The notes beneath the pieces are model-generated. The model did no database searches and was not told the DNA's origin. It worked only from the letters and a program-made list of their open reading frames with translations. DNA of 64,000 nt from Batkoa obscura (Eukaryota), in contig JASVEC010000002.1 in the NCBI GenBank assembly GCA_030770535.1, forward strand, positions 372,001 through 436,000, read 5' to 3'. The position numbers were made by a program, and so were the translations under genes. Shown in pieces: positions 25,664 to 40,204 of the stretch; the first letter of the stretch is position 1; the number at the start of each line of letters is the position of its first letter.

Positions 25664-26822
25664 ATGGATTTGAGTCATAACTATTTTTTAAAAGATAATT
25701 ATTTAGCCACCACTTTGGTGTTTACCGTGCTTTATCAATTATCCTTTTTTGCGGTTGCGTATGTTAATAAATTTGATAAAGTAACTGATTTTGCTGGGGG
25801 TTCAAATTTTGTACTTTTGGCGGGGTTAACTTTTTTTTTGAATCAAGTATATTTTGTATAAAGATATCTTATATAGATTAATAATATTTTTCATGAAATT
25901 TAGAATCAAACTCCAAGAAGCCAATTAGCTACTATTGCAATTATATTATGGGGAATTAGAATCAGTGGTAATCATCTTTTCATTTGATCTTTATTATGTA
26001 ATATTTGACCTTAGGTTTTTTGTTATATCGAATCTTAAAAACTGAAGAAGACAAAAGATTTGACGAGTTACGCAACGATTTTTGGAAATTTTTAGGGTTT
26101 TGGATCTTTCAAATGGCTTGGGTTTGGACTGTCTCATTACCTGTAACTGTTGTTAATTTAGAAGCCAGTTATACTCCAGACCCTCCTTTAAATTTGACAA
26201 CAGATATCTTAGGAATTTTGATGTTTTTAGCTGGTCTCATTATCGAAACTAGTAAATTAATATTCTTATACTTTACAATCTTTACTAACAATATTTACCT
26301 AATAGTATCAGATATTGAAAAAGTATTAACTAATAATTTCATTTATGTTTAAATATATACTAATATTTATATTTTAGTTCATGCACCGTGAAAGTAAACC
26401 TAAGCCTACCCAAATATTAAACTCAGGATTATGGAAATATTCTAGACATCCTAACTATTTTGGAGAAATTTTATTATGGTAATTTTCAGACTTATAATCG
26501 AAACCAAAATTAAACAATACTTTGAAGGTGGGGAATTTACGTATTCAGCTTACCAATAACAAGCGAAACTGGAGTTTTAACCATCTCAAGTCCTCTTTTT
26601 ATCACTTTGTTGCTGCTTTTTGTCAGTGGAATACCTTTAAGCGAACCCAACATGGAAAAGAAATTCATTGATGCTGGAAAACAAAGCGAATATATTGAAT
26701 ATATTGACAAAACCAGCCCGCTTATCCCTCTACCAAACATGGTTTATAAATCTTTACCAAGATGGACTAAGTTTGCTTTATTTGAATTTCCCATGTATCG
26801 TTATAAACAAAAGGCCGATTAA
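25664..26822 (+). CDS. DUF1295 / steroid 5-alpha-reductase-like membrane protein, multi-exon
   Basis: [63 protein letters not shown] and [10 protein letters not shown] joined by short GT-AG introns. Confidence 0.9.
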
Positions 26823-27528
26823 ACATGATATCATGTACTGATATAAGCTCAAATAGTGTATATTTATAGTATAATACTATGTTTCCAACTCTTCACCATT
26901 TACTTTTTAAAAGGACATAATAAAATTGTAAATTATTACTTTGTTTTTTGTGTGAGTAATTTATATTTCAAAATAAAAAGTGGATTTATAATGAAAATGT
27001 CTATATGTAGTATGATTTGTATTAAAGGAACTTGACATTTTATAAAATTGAATATAAACAAAAGCATCAAAAATAGTTATAGTACTTTAAAAAATCTTTG
27101 GTGGATTTTAAAACCTTTCAAAGTCTCAAGTGTTTTAAAAATGAAAAAGAACCGAAGGAAATTAAGAGTCAAAGTAGATAAAGGCAGAAAGAGGAATTGA
27201 TAAAAAAATTGTGATTATTAGACATTACAACAATATATTTGTTTAAAAAATTTGAGAATTTTGAAGGGTTTATATATAAAGTATCGTAATAATATTTGAA
27301 AGTTTTAAAAATTATTTGGTGGATAATTTCAACTATGGCATCTTTAACAAGCTAGCTCTCTTTAATGTGGAACCTATCCTTTGGCCTTACTAAGGCCCAA
27401 ACCTCAAACCTCGGAACTTAAATCGGGACAGTCAAAATAAGAACTTAATAAAGGAATTATGATTGTCTAAAAGTTCTTAAGTTAGGAGTTTTGTTTAAAT
27501 ATTTGTTATTACTCTTTCGATTTAAAAA

Positions 27529-27617
27529 AGGAGAGTTTTTTTGGTTTCATTTTTCTGTTTTTTACTGTTGAATGGAAAAATTGCTAATAAAATTCTTAAA
27601 CAAAAAGGCACATTCCG
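27529..27617 (-). mobile_element. MITE family A copy (degenerate)
   Basis: Reversed core TGGAAAAATTGCTAATAAAATTCTTAAACAAAAA with eroded TIRs. Confidence 0.6.
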
Positions 27618-27933
27618 TATGGATTCTGTCTAAATTGGAAAAGTAATGGATGGGTTAATTCTATCAGCGATGTTGTAATCTTTTCAATCAAATAAATATT
27701 ACAAGGCCTCTTATTCTAAAAAACTCATCAAAATATAAAAATTTCGGACTTACATAGAATATTCAAAGCTAAAATAAAAAACTTAACCCCAACTTTTCCA
27801 AAGATATTATTAATCAGAATTATATTACGTGAAGAACTAATGCATGATGTTTTTATTAATAATAATGGGTATGGCGATATATAATATTTAAATAGGGCTA
27901 CTAATGAAAAACACAAAAATTGTAGTATATCCA

Positions 27934-29072
<1,139 letters not shown>

Positions 29073-29590
29073 CTTTTATTTTATGACATTTGTAAAATAA
29101 TTAAGTCTTTTCATAAAATCTAAGGGTATCCTATTAATAGTTGTGAGTTAATTTTTATCATCAGATCTTCTTAAATATAAAGCTCCTGTTTATTTAAATT
29201 TTTAGTTCTGTATATGCAACTTTTTTATACATATACTAGAAAGTTATTAAAAGGACTTAAATAACACAAATTTACAAATATGTTATAGATACATTTAAAA
29301 TCCAAGTCTACAAAAAAACTAACTTATAGTTTGTTAATAAAATAGCCTGTTTTTGCTTCAATACAGAGTTTTGTAGAAGATATACAGTAGCTAATATCAA
29401 CCGTGTTGCATTTATTGGCTGATTATAGTTAAAAGGTTATGAACTGCTTTAAAACTCATAAGCGTGGGTTTGTTTAGAACATTGGGATTTTGTTAAAGGT
29501 AAAGGTAGAGATTTGAAAATTTACAACAACAGTGTTATCACAATACACAACTTAATATTGATTTAATGATTAAATTTCATTTTCAATATA

Positions 29591-29691
29591 TGAGGATATA
29601 TTTTTTTTATTTAAGGATTTTATTAACAATTATTCTACTTAAATAACGCTTAAAAAACCGAAAAAGTGGTGAAGCCAAAAAAACACTCCCA
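29591..29691 (+). mobile_element. MITE family A copy
   Basis: TGAGGATA...CACTCCCA with core. Confidence 0.78.
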
Positions 29692-29794
29692 GATATAAAC
29701 GCATGGATTTACAGATTTTAATAATCAAAAATATTCCGTTTAAATATTGTATAGTTGAATTACTATATGACATTTTTATAGTTTCTGATAAAAA

Positions 29795-30920
29795 ATAAGA
29801 TTCCTTGGATTATCTATTGTTATTGTCATTAATCCCTACCTACATATCGTTTTCTTTCAAATGACCACACAATAAAATCAAACTGACGTTTTAGATTTAA
29901 TATTTGATGACAGTCCAATAGATTATATTGCACAAATATTAAATACTAAGTATTTAAAGTGCTTAAAGCTAATTTTTCTTTATTAGATCTAGTATTAAGT
30001 AAAAGTTTGAATTTGTTAAATATATATAATGAAAGTCATCAAATTGCTCCTTATAGCTATATTCATAGGCGTTTATCTGGACTATCTACTTATACCTTTA
30101 AATAACAAATGAGCACTCAAAGTTTAGTCTTTTACCTTTTGGAGCAAATTTTTTAAGCATTGTATATGGGAAGTCTGGAATTAGAAGAAAATCAGGCTAC
30201 TATTGATATTTTAAATATTTAGGTTATATCCAAGTTGGTGTTAGTATATGGGGGTGTTTTTTTGGTTTCATTATTTTTTCCATCTTTTAAGCGTTATTTG
30301 AGTGGAGGAATTCCTATAAAATTCTCAAACAATAAATACATCCCCATATATACTAATGATTGAAAAGTAAAGAATCCCAATCTGGATTTAACTTATAAAA
30401 TTTATGTTGACAGAGTTGAAAAAGCAGGCCTTAAAACTCATCTTTTATTACAAAGCAATATAACCTCATTAAAAAAGACACAAAGATTAGCAAAGGTATT
30501 AATTTGATAAAATCAAAAGACTTTGCCTTTGTAGCTTCAGAAAAATGTTTTAGAAGGGCCCCAGTTATGTTAATATTCCTGCTTAACAAAACGTTGCTAA
30601 TAAAAAAAAGAAGAAAATACTAAAAACCAGGAACTTTAGTACTTTTTGCGGTAAGTAGAAGCATTTCTGTTGAAATGGTTAGCGGAAAAACCATCCCACA
30701 GACATAAAATTCTGCTAATAAAGAGAGAAATACAGTAATTACTATAAGAACTTAGTCCCCTATTAGAAGAAAAGAAGATAAAATATTCAATTTAAAAGCT
30801 CAAGCCCTTATTAAGTAAGAGAAAAAATCAGTTACTTTAGAAAACGGAAATAATTTTGGTGTAGAATCAAGTTTTTCAGTAACCAACTTTGAAAATACTA
30901 CTGGACTAAAATGGTAATAA
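29795..30920 (+). pseudogene. Chitin/polysaccharide deacetylase (CE4, NodB) pseudogene A
   Basis: (ATA)RFLGLS, QMTTQ*, DLIFDDSP, YNESHQIAPYSYIH..LSGLS, LGYIQVGVSI|YTND, SFIT and KSKDFAFVASEKC. Many stops and frameshifts. Collinear with the relic at 47.3-48.4 kb. Confidence 0.72.
30249..30346 (-). mobile_element. MITE family A copy inserted in CE4 pseudogene A
   Basis: TA|TGGGGGTG...CATCCCCA|TA. Confidence 0.86.
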
Positions 30921-31720
30921 GGGCTCTCAGCTCATAAGAGGTGATATAAGAGTTTATCGCCCAGCCCATACTTCAGAAAGTTCGACCAAGAGTTGCCTGA
31001 AATAACAAAGAAATCTCTAATTATAACAGATTGTGCACTCTGAGTTCTCCAAGATGGGAAATTTGTAGGATCTTGATCTGAAGGCAAAATTGAAACAGCT
31101 CTTTATATTTGAATTTATTATAACCAAGTTAAATAAACGATTATTTGTAGTTGGATTAGCAATATAATGAAACATTTTAGTTAAACTAAATATTGATGTT
31201 AAGTTTTGTGTTACGATTTCAACATAATTCAATGCTAAACCTTGAGCTATTGCTTCAAAGTTTATAGTGATATATATATAACTTTAAATATGATAGTACT
31301 CCAGCCTAGTACTTTCGGATTTGTTTTTAGTAACCATCTACCAAAAGAATCGAAATCATAAATCTAATATTCTTTAAGCCGATAGCTTTTTCTAGCCCTT
31401 TGAGTATTGGACACCTTGAGAATTCTATTTGATTAGATCAGCTTTTTTTATGAAACTCAATCCTCAAAGGGTCAATAAGATATACTGAAAACAAGATTCA
31501 GGTTAAAAAGCTCAATTTCCCTTCTTTTTAAGCAACCAATTTGTAAGTTTCCAAGGCTAATTTAAAAATCAAATTCAACCCACATTCAAATGCAACTAAA
31601 AATTCGACACTCCTTAAGGTTGGCACAATTTTTAATCAAATTTTAGACAAAAAGGCCAAAGTTTGATTAATTTAATTGATATATTAAATCCCTTTAGTTC
31701 TAGATTTAACCTGTTTATCA
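30920..31720 (-). pseudogene. Unidentified decayed coding sequence
   Basis: GC above background with long protein-like frames joined by shifts (NFEAIAQGLALNYVEIV... / RAVSILPSDQDPTNFPSWRTQ...LKYGLGDKLLYHLL). No family recognised. Confidence 0.3.
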
Positions 31721-32079
31721 CCATTAAGTGATGGTATTAATAATTAAGTTTAATAAATTGAAAATCTAACTTTAGTTTATCTGTTTGTATTGATATTGTA
31801 TATTTTATTAAAAATTGATCTTTATTATAATAATTTAATTCACAAACCTCTGTAAAGTATATTCTATTTTAAATAAAGTGGTTTTTGTTAGCGCATAATT
31901 AAAAGAATAAGGAAAATACTTTTTATAATGATAAGAGAAACAAAAAATAAGAAACAAAAAATAAAAAATAACATTGTCGCATAATAACAAAAACATTTAA
32001 TAAGTGAATAGAGAAGAGGGATTACATTCAATGTAAAACAAAAAAGGGATTAATGAAATAAAACGGTATAAATTCGCTA

Positions 32080-32331
32080 TTAATTTGAGAAGCTTTTGAA
32101 TCTGGATAATACTGTCTTATTTTTTGTTCCCTTCTTGTTGATGCCTTGATCATCTTTAGCATAAACTTTGTTTTTATTTAAATTCAAATAAGTCCCGTCT
32201 TTATAATTTTTTTCATAATATTGTGAACTACGAGAATTAAAATCTGATGCTCCAGTCCTCCTTTTAGTGTATTTACCTACATCGCTGTTTAAATACATGT
32301 ACTTGTCTTTTACCCATTCTACTAAACCCAT
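32080..32331 (-). CDS. Small basic hypothetical protein (83 aa), intronless
   Basis: ATG after poly-A context, TATATAA about 90 bp upstream. The MG..W.K.K...KYTKRR...Y.DG.Y pattern resembles small conserved fungal proteins (from memory, unverified). Confidence 0.7.
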   Translation of the reverse strand: MGLVEWVKDKYMYLNSDVGKYTKRRTGASDFNSRSSQYYEKNYKDGTYLNLNKNKVYAKDDQGINKKGTKNKTVLSRFKSFSN

Positions 32332-34063
32332 TTTTTTTACTATTATTTTTTAAGGCTACTTTTGGTTGTTAAATAAAAATATTTAGCTAAAGTTAGTTCT
32401 CCTTAATTTTTCTCCTTCCTTTATATACTTTTTCTTTGATCGATTTTATAAGCAAACCATAAAAATAAAAACCGTATGTAATTGGCTTATTTTTCAAGCT
32501 GGATTGTTGAAATACCAGCTAAAATTAGCAATTCTAGCTGAATAGAATAACATTCTTTTTGATTAGCTATCAAAAATATTTTTATTGCTTTATTGGCTAT
32601 TCATCCCCTGTTGGTGCTTCTTTTGGAGTACTTTTATTCCAGGATTTTATTGACCTTAGTTCTTGGATTGCTCAATTATTCTCTAATTAAGTAAGCTTCT
32701 TTTTATTTTTATCATAGATAACATTAATAAGTTATTAATAGTTTTATAAGATTTTGAATAAACTATTTAAAAATAATACTCGTTAAATTTTCTCTACTAC
32801 CGCTTTCTCTTTCACAGATTCTATTTTGTAAGGACTATATAAAATTTTACAGTGAATTTGTTGATTATAAATTTATTTTTAATTCTTATTAAGCAAAAAA
32901 ATATAATTATGAACATCCAATAGTCAAGCATTTTGTAATATATTGCTTTTTGTACCGCAAAATAAAAAACTCAAGTGCTTTGCCTAATAAATAAATTCCT
33001 TGTTTGAAATCAACATTGTGAAAATATATAAATATTTTTAGTAAATATTAATTTATATATGGATACTTAGGTAGTGTCATAATAAAAGATCGAATTGAAC
33101 TATAATACTATATCTATATTTATATTTATTCGTTTCCTTTTATTAAATAACTTCAAGCCTAATAGAAATAATTAGTTTTACATTAGAAATAAAATTTAGA
33201 AATTAATGTGTTGACTATTCTATTATTAAGTAAAAAATATTAATCCTTATAGTCACATTTATTTTAAAATTCTATAGAAATAGTATACTATTTTAAGTTC
33301 ATTGTATACAATATATCATTCTGTGTAATTTTTTTAAATAGTTTGCAATTGCAAAGCAGTAATAATTATTAAAGGACTTTTTAACGTGACTATTCTTTTA
33401 AGTTTTGTAATACAAAATATAATTTTTATTATTTTGGCTTAGGAAATATATCAAATGCCATTACTGTTTACTTCAAGAAATGTAGTCTCCTATTTCTGAC
33501 TGCATTATTACACTATAGCAATTCCTTTCGTTAGAGCATTCGAAAACAAATCCTATAACTTGCTCTTTAACCACATACGCTGTATTATTTGTACACTTTA
33601 TATATTTTTATGTGTAAGTTCAACAGACCTTTATTCAAATATAACATTTATTTACTTTATATATTAAATGTTTATCCTAAAAGGCAAGCCTACGTGTAGA
33701 GACTGTATCAGTTAATTAATAGAAGCAATTGTCCTCTACTAAAATTCACCTTTGAGCACATGGGTCCATATGTAGTCCGTGCCTCATGTTAAAATATCTT
33801 AGCTTAACAATATATAAAAAGGAGAACGATATGACGTCACATATTTAGTCTTGAATTTAAAAGATAATAATTCGATTCAATTCATTTTATAAATTAACAT
33901 CTTTGTTTTTATAAATAACTTGAGATAACAATTACAAGTGATCTAATAAAAATAATAAATGATCTCATCAATCAGAGGAATGAAAAATATTAAAAACCAA
34001 GGTTATTAAAGCACATAATAGGATAAAAACTCAAAATATTTTTTTTACTTTTTGTCTTGAATA

Positions 34064-36672
34064 ATGATATTTTATTTCTATTTATTAGTCCATCTTTGTT
34101 TATCAATTATAACTTGCTGTGGTGTTACAACACATATATTAGTAGGCGAAATAGCAAGAAGGGAGCTTGGTGATTACGTCAGAACTATAATTAAAAATAA
34201 CCTTAATGCTTTTCAAGCTGGTTCTTTTTTTCCAGATTGGGGTTATATTTGCAATGGTTTTAGAGAAGAAGGAGAATCAGGTATGGATTTAATGTAAATA
34301 AAGTGGAAACTAATAACTATTTAGCACATTGGCCGCCCTTTTATTTTAACAGTATTGAACATATAAGACTAAACTATCCTAATGATGTCATGAAGTTTCA
34401 AAATAAACAAAAAACAAGCAAAGGATTTGAAGTCATATTTTCATTTTTAATGGGAGCTATTAACCATGGAGTTGATGATGTATTATGGCATGGTCTAGAC
34501 AATCAAAGCAATAGTATGATTAATTCATTAGCGGAAATGAACTGGAAAGGCGATTCTTATAAAGCGCATAAGATTGCAGATTTAGGAGGCGATATTATTG
34601 CAGCTCATGCATTAAATTTGTATTTTTTAAAGGTAAGAAATTAAAGTGATTAAAATATAATTAAATATCTAAACCTTTAAGTCATCCTGGAATATTCCAT
34701 CAAAAGATATCATTCAAATTTATAAACGAATGGGCTATAATCGAGTTAACTGGTTCAATTTAAATCGTTGTTTAAGTATTGGATTAGCTGCAGGGCAAGC
34801 AACGAAGTATAGTGGAAGGAGATTATTAGGTAGGTTTGATACAAATAAGGTAATTTAAACCAATTCAATATTACTTAGCAATAATTTGTGTTATTAGTCT
34901 CCTTTTTTACTTAATAACTATTTTACACACTACCATGGGGGTAAGTACAAATTTAACTATTATGATTATAAATATTGAGAATATTTTTTATCATTTAATA
35001 GGCATATTAAATATGGCAAATCGAGTTGTTCATTGTTGGAATGACACTATTGGTCTATTAAATAATAATATTAGCCCATCTTCATTTTGTAGTCAAGTAT
35101 TTAATCAAAATAATGCATTAAATAATAACAAACACAATAGTCGTCAAATTAAATTTAACAATAAGAGTAATAATAAGTTGAAAGGTATAGTAAACATTAA
35201 TCATAGACATTATGATGTTATCCAATACAACAGTGATAATAGCGGTGAAGCAATACATAATAATACAACTAATAATAATGAAATGTTATATAACAGCAAT
35301 CAGAAAATACAATGTAAGGTTAATAAGAAATACCAGCAAATAATATGGAATGACTTGAATTATAACGGGTTTGGGAAAAGTGTACAAGTTATAAACAAAA
35401 AGAATAAGAAATATTTAATAGTAAGTAGCCCATATAACTATAATAATTTCAACAGTAGTGGAATGATTACTATTTATGATGTTAATTCAAATTTCAAAGT
35501 ATTATTTAAAATTAATTCAGCTCATTTTGATACCAATTTTGCAAGTAATATGTTGGTTTTAGATTTCAATAACGATTCTATATTAGATTTAATCATTGCT
35601 TCCCCTAAATTAAACCAATTACTAATTTATTATGGTAATAACAATAACAATACAATATTAGATAGCAAGCCAATTTTATGGAATGTTAATTTTGATCTGA
35701 ACTATCAAATTGGGGATGAATTAATTAAAGTAGTCATTAAAAATTCAAACCAGCAAACCCAAGAAAAAATGATGATAGCAAGCTTAATAAACAAGCAAAA
35801 TAATAATGAAGTTATATTATATGGTAAAAATATAATTAACAATAAAGAATGGCACCTAAAGAGTAGCTATTTTGAACATTATATAAATAGCAAAATAAAT
35901 ATCGAATACCTGTATTTAAAGGATCAACATTATTTTGTTTTATCTTATTCTAATGCCGAGTTTAAAGGAGCTTTGTTTTTAGTTCAACTAGACTCGGATT
36001 TCATCCCTATTAGTGATACACTCATTCCTTTAACTTTTGGTAGTGAAATGTTTGCTTCTTTTGGTTACGATTTTGTTATTTGGGAAACTAATTTTGATTC
36101 ATTTACTTTAATTGTTTCTTCTACTACCAAGGTAATGCATTGATATATAGTATCAAATGAAAAAAGTACTAATATTTTATTTAAAGAGCAATGGTAAAGA
36201 GAATTCTATCCAAAGTGGAGAAATTGAAGCAATTAAATATTCAATAAATTCAAACAATCAAGTTGAACTACAATTTCAAAAAAGAATATTAAAATTAAAA
36301 GAAAATTATAACAACCTTGGGAATCAACTAATCAAATTAGATGAGAATACACTTTTGATTTCAAATCCAAATTCATTAGGTGAAAAAGGCTCATTAATTG
36401 TATTAAATTTATCTACTTCTCTTAATTTATTCAATGTTAATTGTATTACTACCGATTTTGAATTGGGTCAGTTTTCAAGTAATGTGTTGCTTGTCAATCA
36501 ATCTTTATATGTTGTAGCTTCTAATGCTTATAAAATTGCCAAAAAGGAGGATGTTGGGGATTATGAGTAAGATTTATTTTGTTTAATAATAACCGTCTTA
36601 ATAATATTTTATAGTAATACACTTCCATCTGGTGCTGTCTTTTATTGGAAAAATTGGAAAGATTTATTGTGA
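34064..36672 (+). CDS. GPLD1: GPI-specific phospholipase D-like protein (Zn-dependent phospholipase domain plus FG-GAP/integrin-alpha repeats), multi-exon
   Basis: Signal peptide then CGVTTH, AFQAGSFFPDWGY, HWPPF, FLMGAINHGVDDVLWH and AHKIADLGGD. Repeats FGKSV..LIVSSP and DFNNDSILDLIIASP. Last exon SGAVFYWKNWKDLL* ends at 36672. Confidence 0.82.
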
Positions 36673-38965
36673 TGATTAAATAAACTTTGTTTATATGTTT
36701 AAATAATTGTATTGCCCTTTTATTTGAATATTTTTAATATGATTTTTCATGCTATCTTTAATTCCACTTTTAATTTTATAATTTTATATTTGGCTAATTA
36801 TTATTTCTATAAAATAATTAGCCAATTTTTAAACCAGCGCACTCTCTTTAATTAAATATTTTACTAGATTAGTGAATCTTCAAAGTTAATATAGCCTATT
36901 TCGATTAACTTTAAATGTATAAAAGAATATTTAAAAGAGATAGCCAAAGGGTATAATGAATAGTAAATTTAGAGAAAGTACTAAAACAAAAGCAGGATAA
37001 GGCTTTTATTGAACAAAATATATAACTAGATCTAAAATCTAAAGAGATAGATGATTTTTATAAAAAATAAAAATAAAATGAAAATTATCAGTAATGTAAA
37101 CTATGGGATTTTATTGAAGAAGTTTATAGCTCGGGTTGTAGAGACTTTATTCAACTTGTAAATATAATAATTGACAGGTGAAAGGATCAAGCTGCATACA
37201 GCAGATATTAAACTATGTTTTAGATAGGACAACTTTTTCCTATAAGGAGTGATCATTTATTCTCAAAGGAGAGTAAAATTCAATACAAAAATAGCTAGTG
37301 CCTTACAAAAAAGTGTGAATTTATGCATAAAGTTGGTCGGCTATTAACACAACATCGAGCAAGTGTTTGTGTGTAAAATAAAAAAGTGGAGTGCAAATTT
37401 ATGCATGAATAAAATTAGGTGAATTTTTTTTAAAAAGTTGTATTAATTTTTAACTAACTTTTAATTTTAATATTGATTCAATATTAAATACTTTTTTAAA
37501 GACATCTTTAATTATAAAATATTAATATTTTTAAATCTCTTTTGATAAGTTTCATAAAATAGTGAAAAGGTCCCTTAACAATTTTGTTATTTTAAAATCA
37601 AGTTTATACAAAAAGTTTATAATGGTTCCTTTAGACTAAACACACTAGTTTAAACTTTGCAGCTTAAAGTTTAATAAAATAAGTTTGCATTAAGTTAGCC
37701 AATAGCCTAGGTTAAAAATTGAGTTCAAATAAATAGTGTCTTTAGGGATAATTTACAACTAGTCTTTTTTGATCAAAAATGAGGGGTATTTTTATATTAA
37801 AAAAGGTACTCCTATTTGAAACTAGACTTTCAGGGAAATAATCACTGTTTTGAAAATGGTAATAATCTAAAAAATAATAATATTTAATTAAAACATCTAT
37901 TTAAACTATATCTTTATTCTGAACAATAAGATGATAAATCGTAATATTTATTAATTTGTCTTATTTTCTCCATCCTTTTTTTTGAAAAAACAATTTACCA
38001 CCCAATTTACTTGATTGCGTTAAATTATCTATGGTGTTTGATGGAGAAATTAATTCTATGAAATTTCTCATCTTATTCATCTATTATTTGAAAATTGAGT
38101 GAGAATTATTTGGCTGGTAAAATTCGCAATAGATCTATGGGCATAAAATTAAAAATTAATTCAGATCAAATTTATCTTATAATACAATTTGGCCCGAATA
38201 CTATAAGAAATAAATTTAACTTTAGATGTCATTTTAATAAAATGAAATACTAATAAATCCAACATAATATTACGTACGTAAATTTATTATTACGTTTGTT
38301 ATTTAATATCATTGATGTCTATTTAGTTAGAAGTTTTATTATGACGATTAATAATAAGGTAAACATAAATTACAATAATTAAAATAGGAAAAGAAGAATA
38401 TGGGAGTTTAATTAAAAGCTATGCTAAAAATAAAATAGTAAACAATAATGAGATAATCATTAAAATGAATAAGCCACATAAAAATAAAAGTAAATAGTAA
38501 ATAATTTAAGAAGAGATAGAATATACCCCATGAATCTAACTGTTATTAAAGATTAGATATTGTTAACAGAAATTTTCTAATTATAGTTAAATTCCCTTTA
38601 CTTTATTGTTTTTTCAATATTCCATGTTTAATAACACATGTTTTTGATGCATTCAATTTTTTACAGTTGGATTTCTTATGCTTTGTACCAATCAAGTTAG
38701 TTTCCTAAATTAAGTAATCGGTATTGTTTATAAAAGATTGTAGCCATGTGATTTAATCAAATAATATCTAATAAACTATTTACTGTTTAAACCAACGTAA
38801 TAGAGTATATAAGACAAACCAAAAACTTCAGTTACCAATCACCAACTTACTTTAGACTTTATTTTATACTTTTTACTAATAGACCTTTTTTGTATTTATT
38901 TATTTCGTCTTATATCCTGGTTAGATTCCTTTATTAAAATATTAAAATATTAAAATATCAACAAA

Positions 38966-40204
38966 ATGAATTACTATCCTTATATCCCTTTCTCCGCTAA
39001 CCCTTTCACTAATAACTTCCAATCTCAGTTGCAGTTACAACAATCTAATTTCCCTTTATCTCAGGCAATGTTAGATCAAATGCAACAAAATGAAGAAGTA
39101 GGGAAACCATGGAGTGAATGGGATGATCAAAGATTAAAAGCCGCTGCTGAAAAATATAACAATAAAGGTTGGCGCAAAATATGCTTAAGTGCTTTCCCAG
39201 ATGGTTCAAGGACCAAAGAGGAATGCCTTAAACGCTGGCGCCAATTGACAAAATCAGTTTCTGTTAAAGGACTTTGGACAGCTGAAGAAGATTCTAAACT
39301 AATTTCTTTAGTTAAAGAAATGGGTGCTGAAAAATGGGTAGCTATTGCTAACCGCTTAGAAACAAGAACTGGTAAACAATGCAGAGAAAGATGGCATAAT
39401 CATTTAGATCCTAGAATCAATAAAGCACCTTTTACAGCTGAAGAAGAGCAATTAATTTTTAAGTTACACGCTAAAATTGGAAGCAAATGGGCTGAAATGT
39501 CAAAACATCTTCCAGGCAGGTCCGATAACTCCATTAAGAATTTTTTCAATACAGCTATGCAACGTAAACGTAAAGTGCAACAAGCCAATAGTGGTAAAAT
39601 TGAAATGAAACGTCATAAGGAAGCACCATTCAACTGGTCCCCTCAAGATGCCAAATCATTTTTATCCCAATACTCTACACCTAATTTAAGCTCTGATTTA
39701 CATGCTTCATTCAGTCAATTAAATATGAGAGTAATGACTCCACCAGATACTCCTCAACCTGGAATTGGTTTAAATCAAGGCTTTGATCTTTACAATCCAT
39801 GGGCTAATTTCCAACCAAAGTCTGCTTTTTTAGCCCCCACCCTCCATCATAATAAATTAGGCATGTTAAATTTAACACCAATTACTAACTCATCACCAGC
39901 GTTACCACAAGGTACATTTGAAAGAGCAGTATTCGATCAAACTAGAGGAATAGCATCAAACCCAGTCACGCCTAATAACTTTAACAACGGATTTTTCAAT
40001 CCTAATGTGTTTCACCAAAACCATCACAATAATTTACACGAAACTGAAATAAAGCAAGAAAATGATAAAGCAAACGATAATTTAGAAGAAAACAATAACA
40101 TGACTTCAGCACCACCCAGTGGTTACCATCTTGGATTAATCGGTGTTGATTATAATGGATTAACTGATAATGAGGTCCAAGATTATCTGTTTATGGGGCA
40201 TTAA
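38966..40204 (+). CDS. Three-repeat Myb transcription factor, intronless
   Basis: Divergent R1 (WSEWDD..W..I...RT..EC..RW), R2 KGLWTAEED...RTGKQCRERWHNHL and R3 KWAEMSKHLPGRSDNSIKN. TATATAAG at about 38806. Confidence 0.92.
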   Translation: MNYYPYIPFSANPFTNNFQSQLQLQQSNFPLSQAMLDQMQQNEEVGKPWSEWDDQRLKAAAEKYNNKGWRKICLSAFPDGSRTKEECLKRWRQLTKSVSVKGLWTAEEDSKLISLVKEMGAEKWVAIANRLETRTGKQCRERWHNHLDPRINKAPFTAEEEQLIFKLHAKIGSKWAEMSKHLPGRSDNSIKNFFNTAMQRKRKVQQANSGKIEMKRHKEAPFNWSPQDAKSFLSQYSTPNLSSDLHASFSQLNMRVMTPPDTPQPGIGLNQGFDLYNPWANFQPKSAFLAPTLHHNKLGMLNLTPITNSSPALPQGTFERAVFDQTRGIASNPVTPNNFNNGFFNPNVFHQNHHNNLHETEIKQENDKANDNLEENNNMTSAPPSGYHLGLIGVDYNGLTDNEVQDYLFMGH

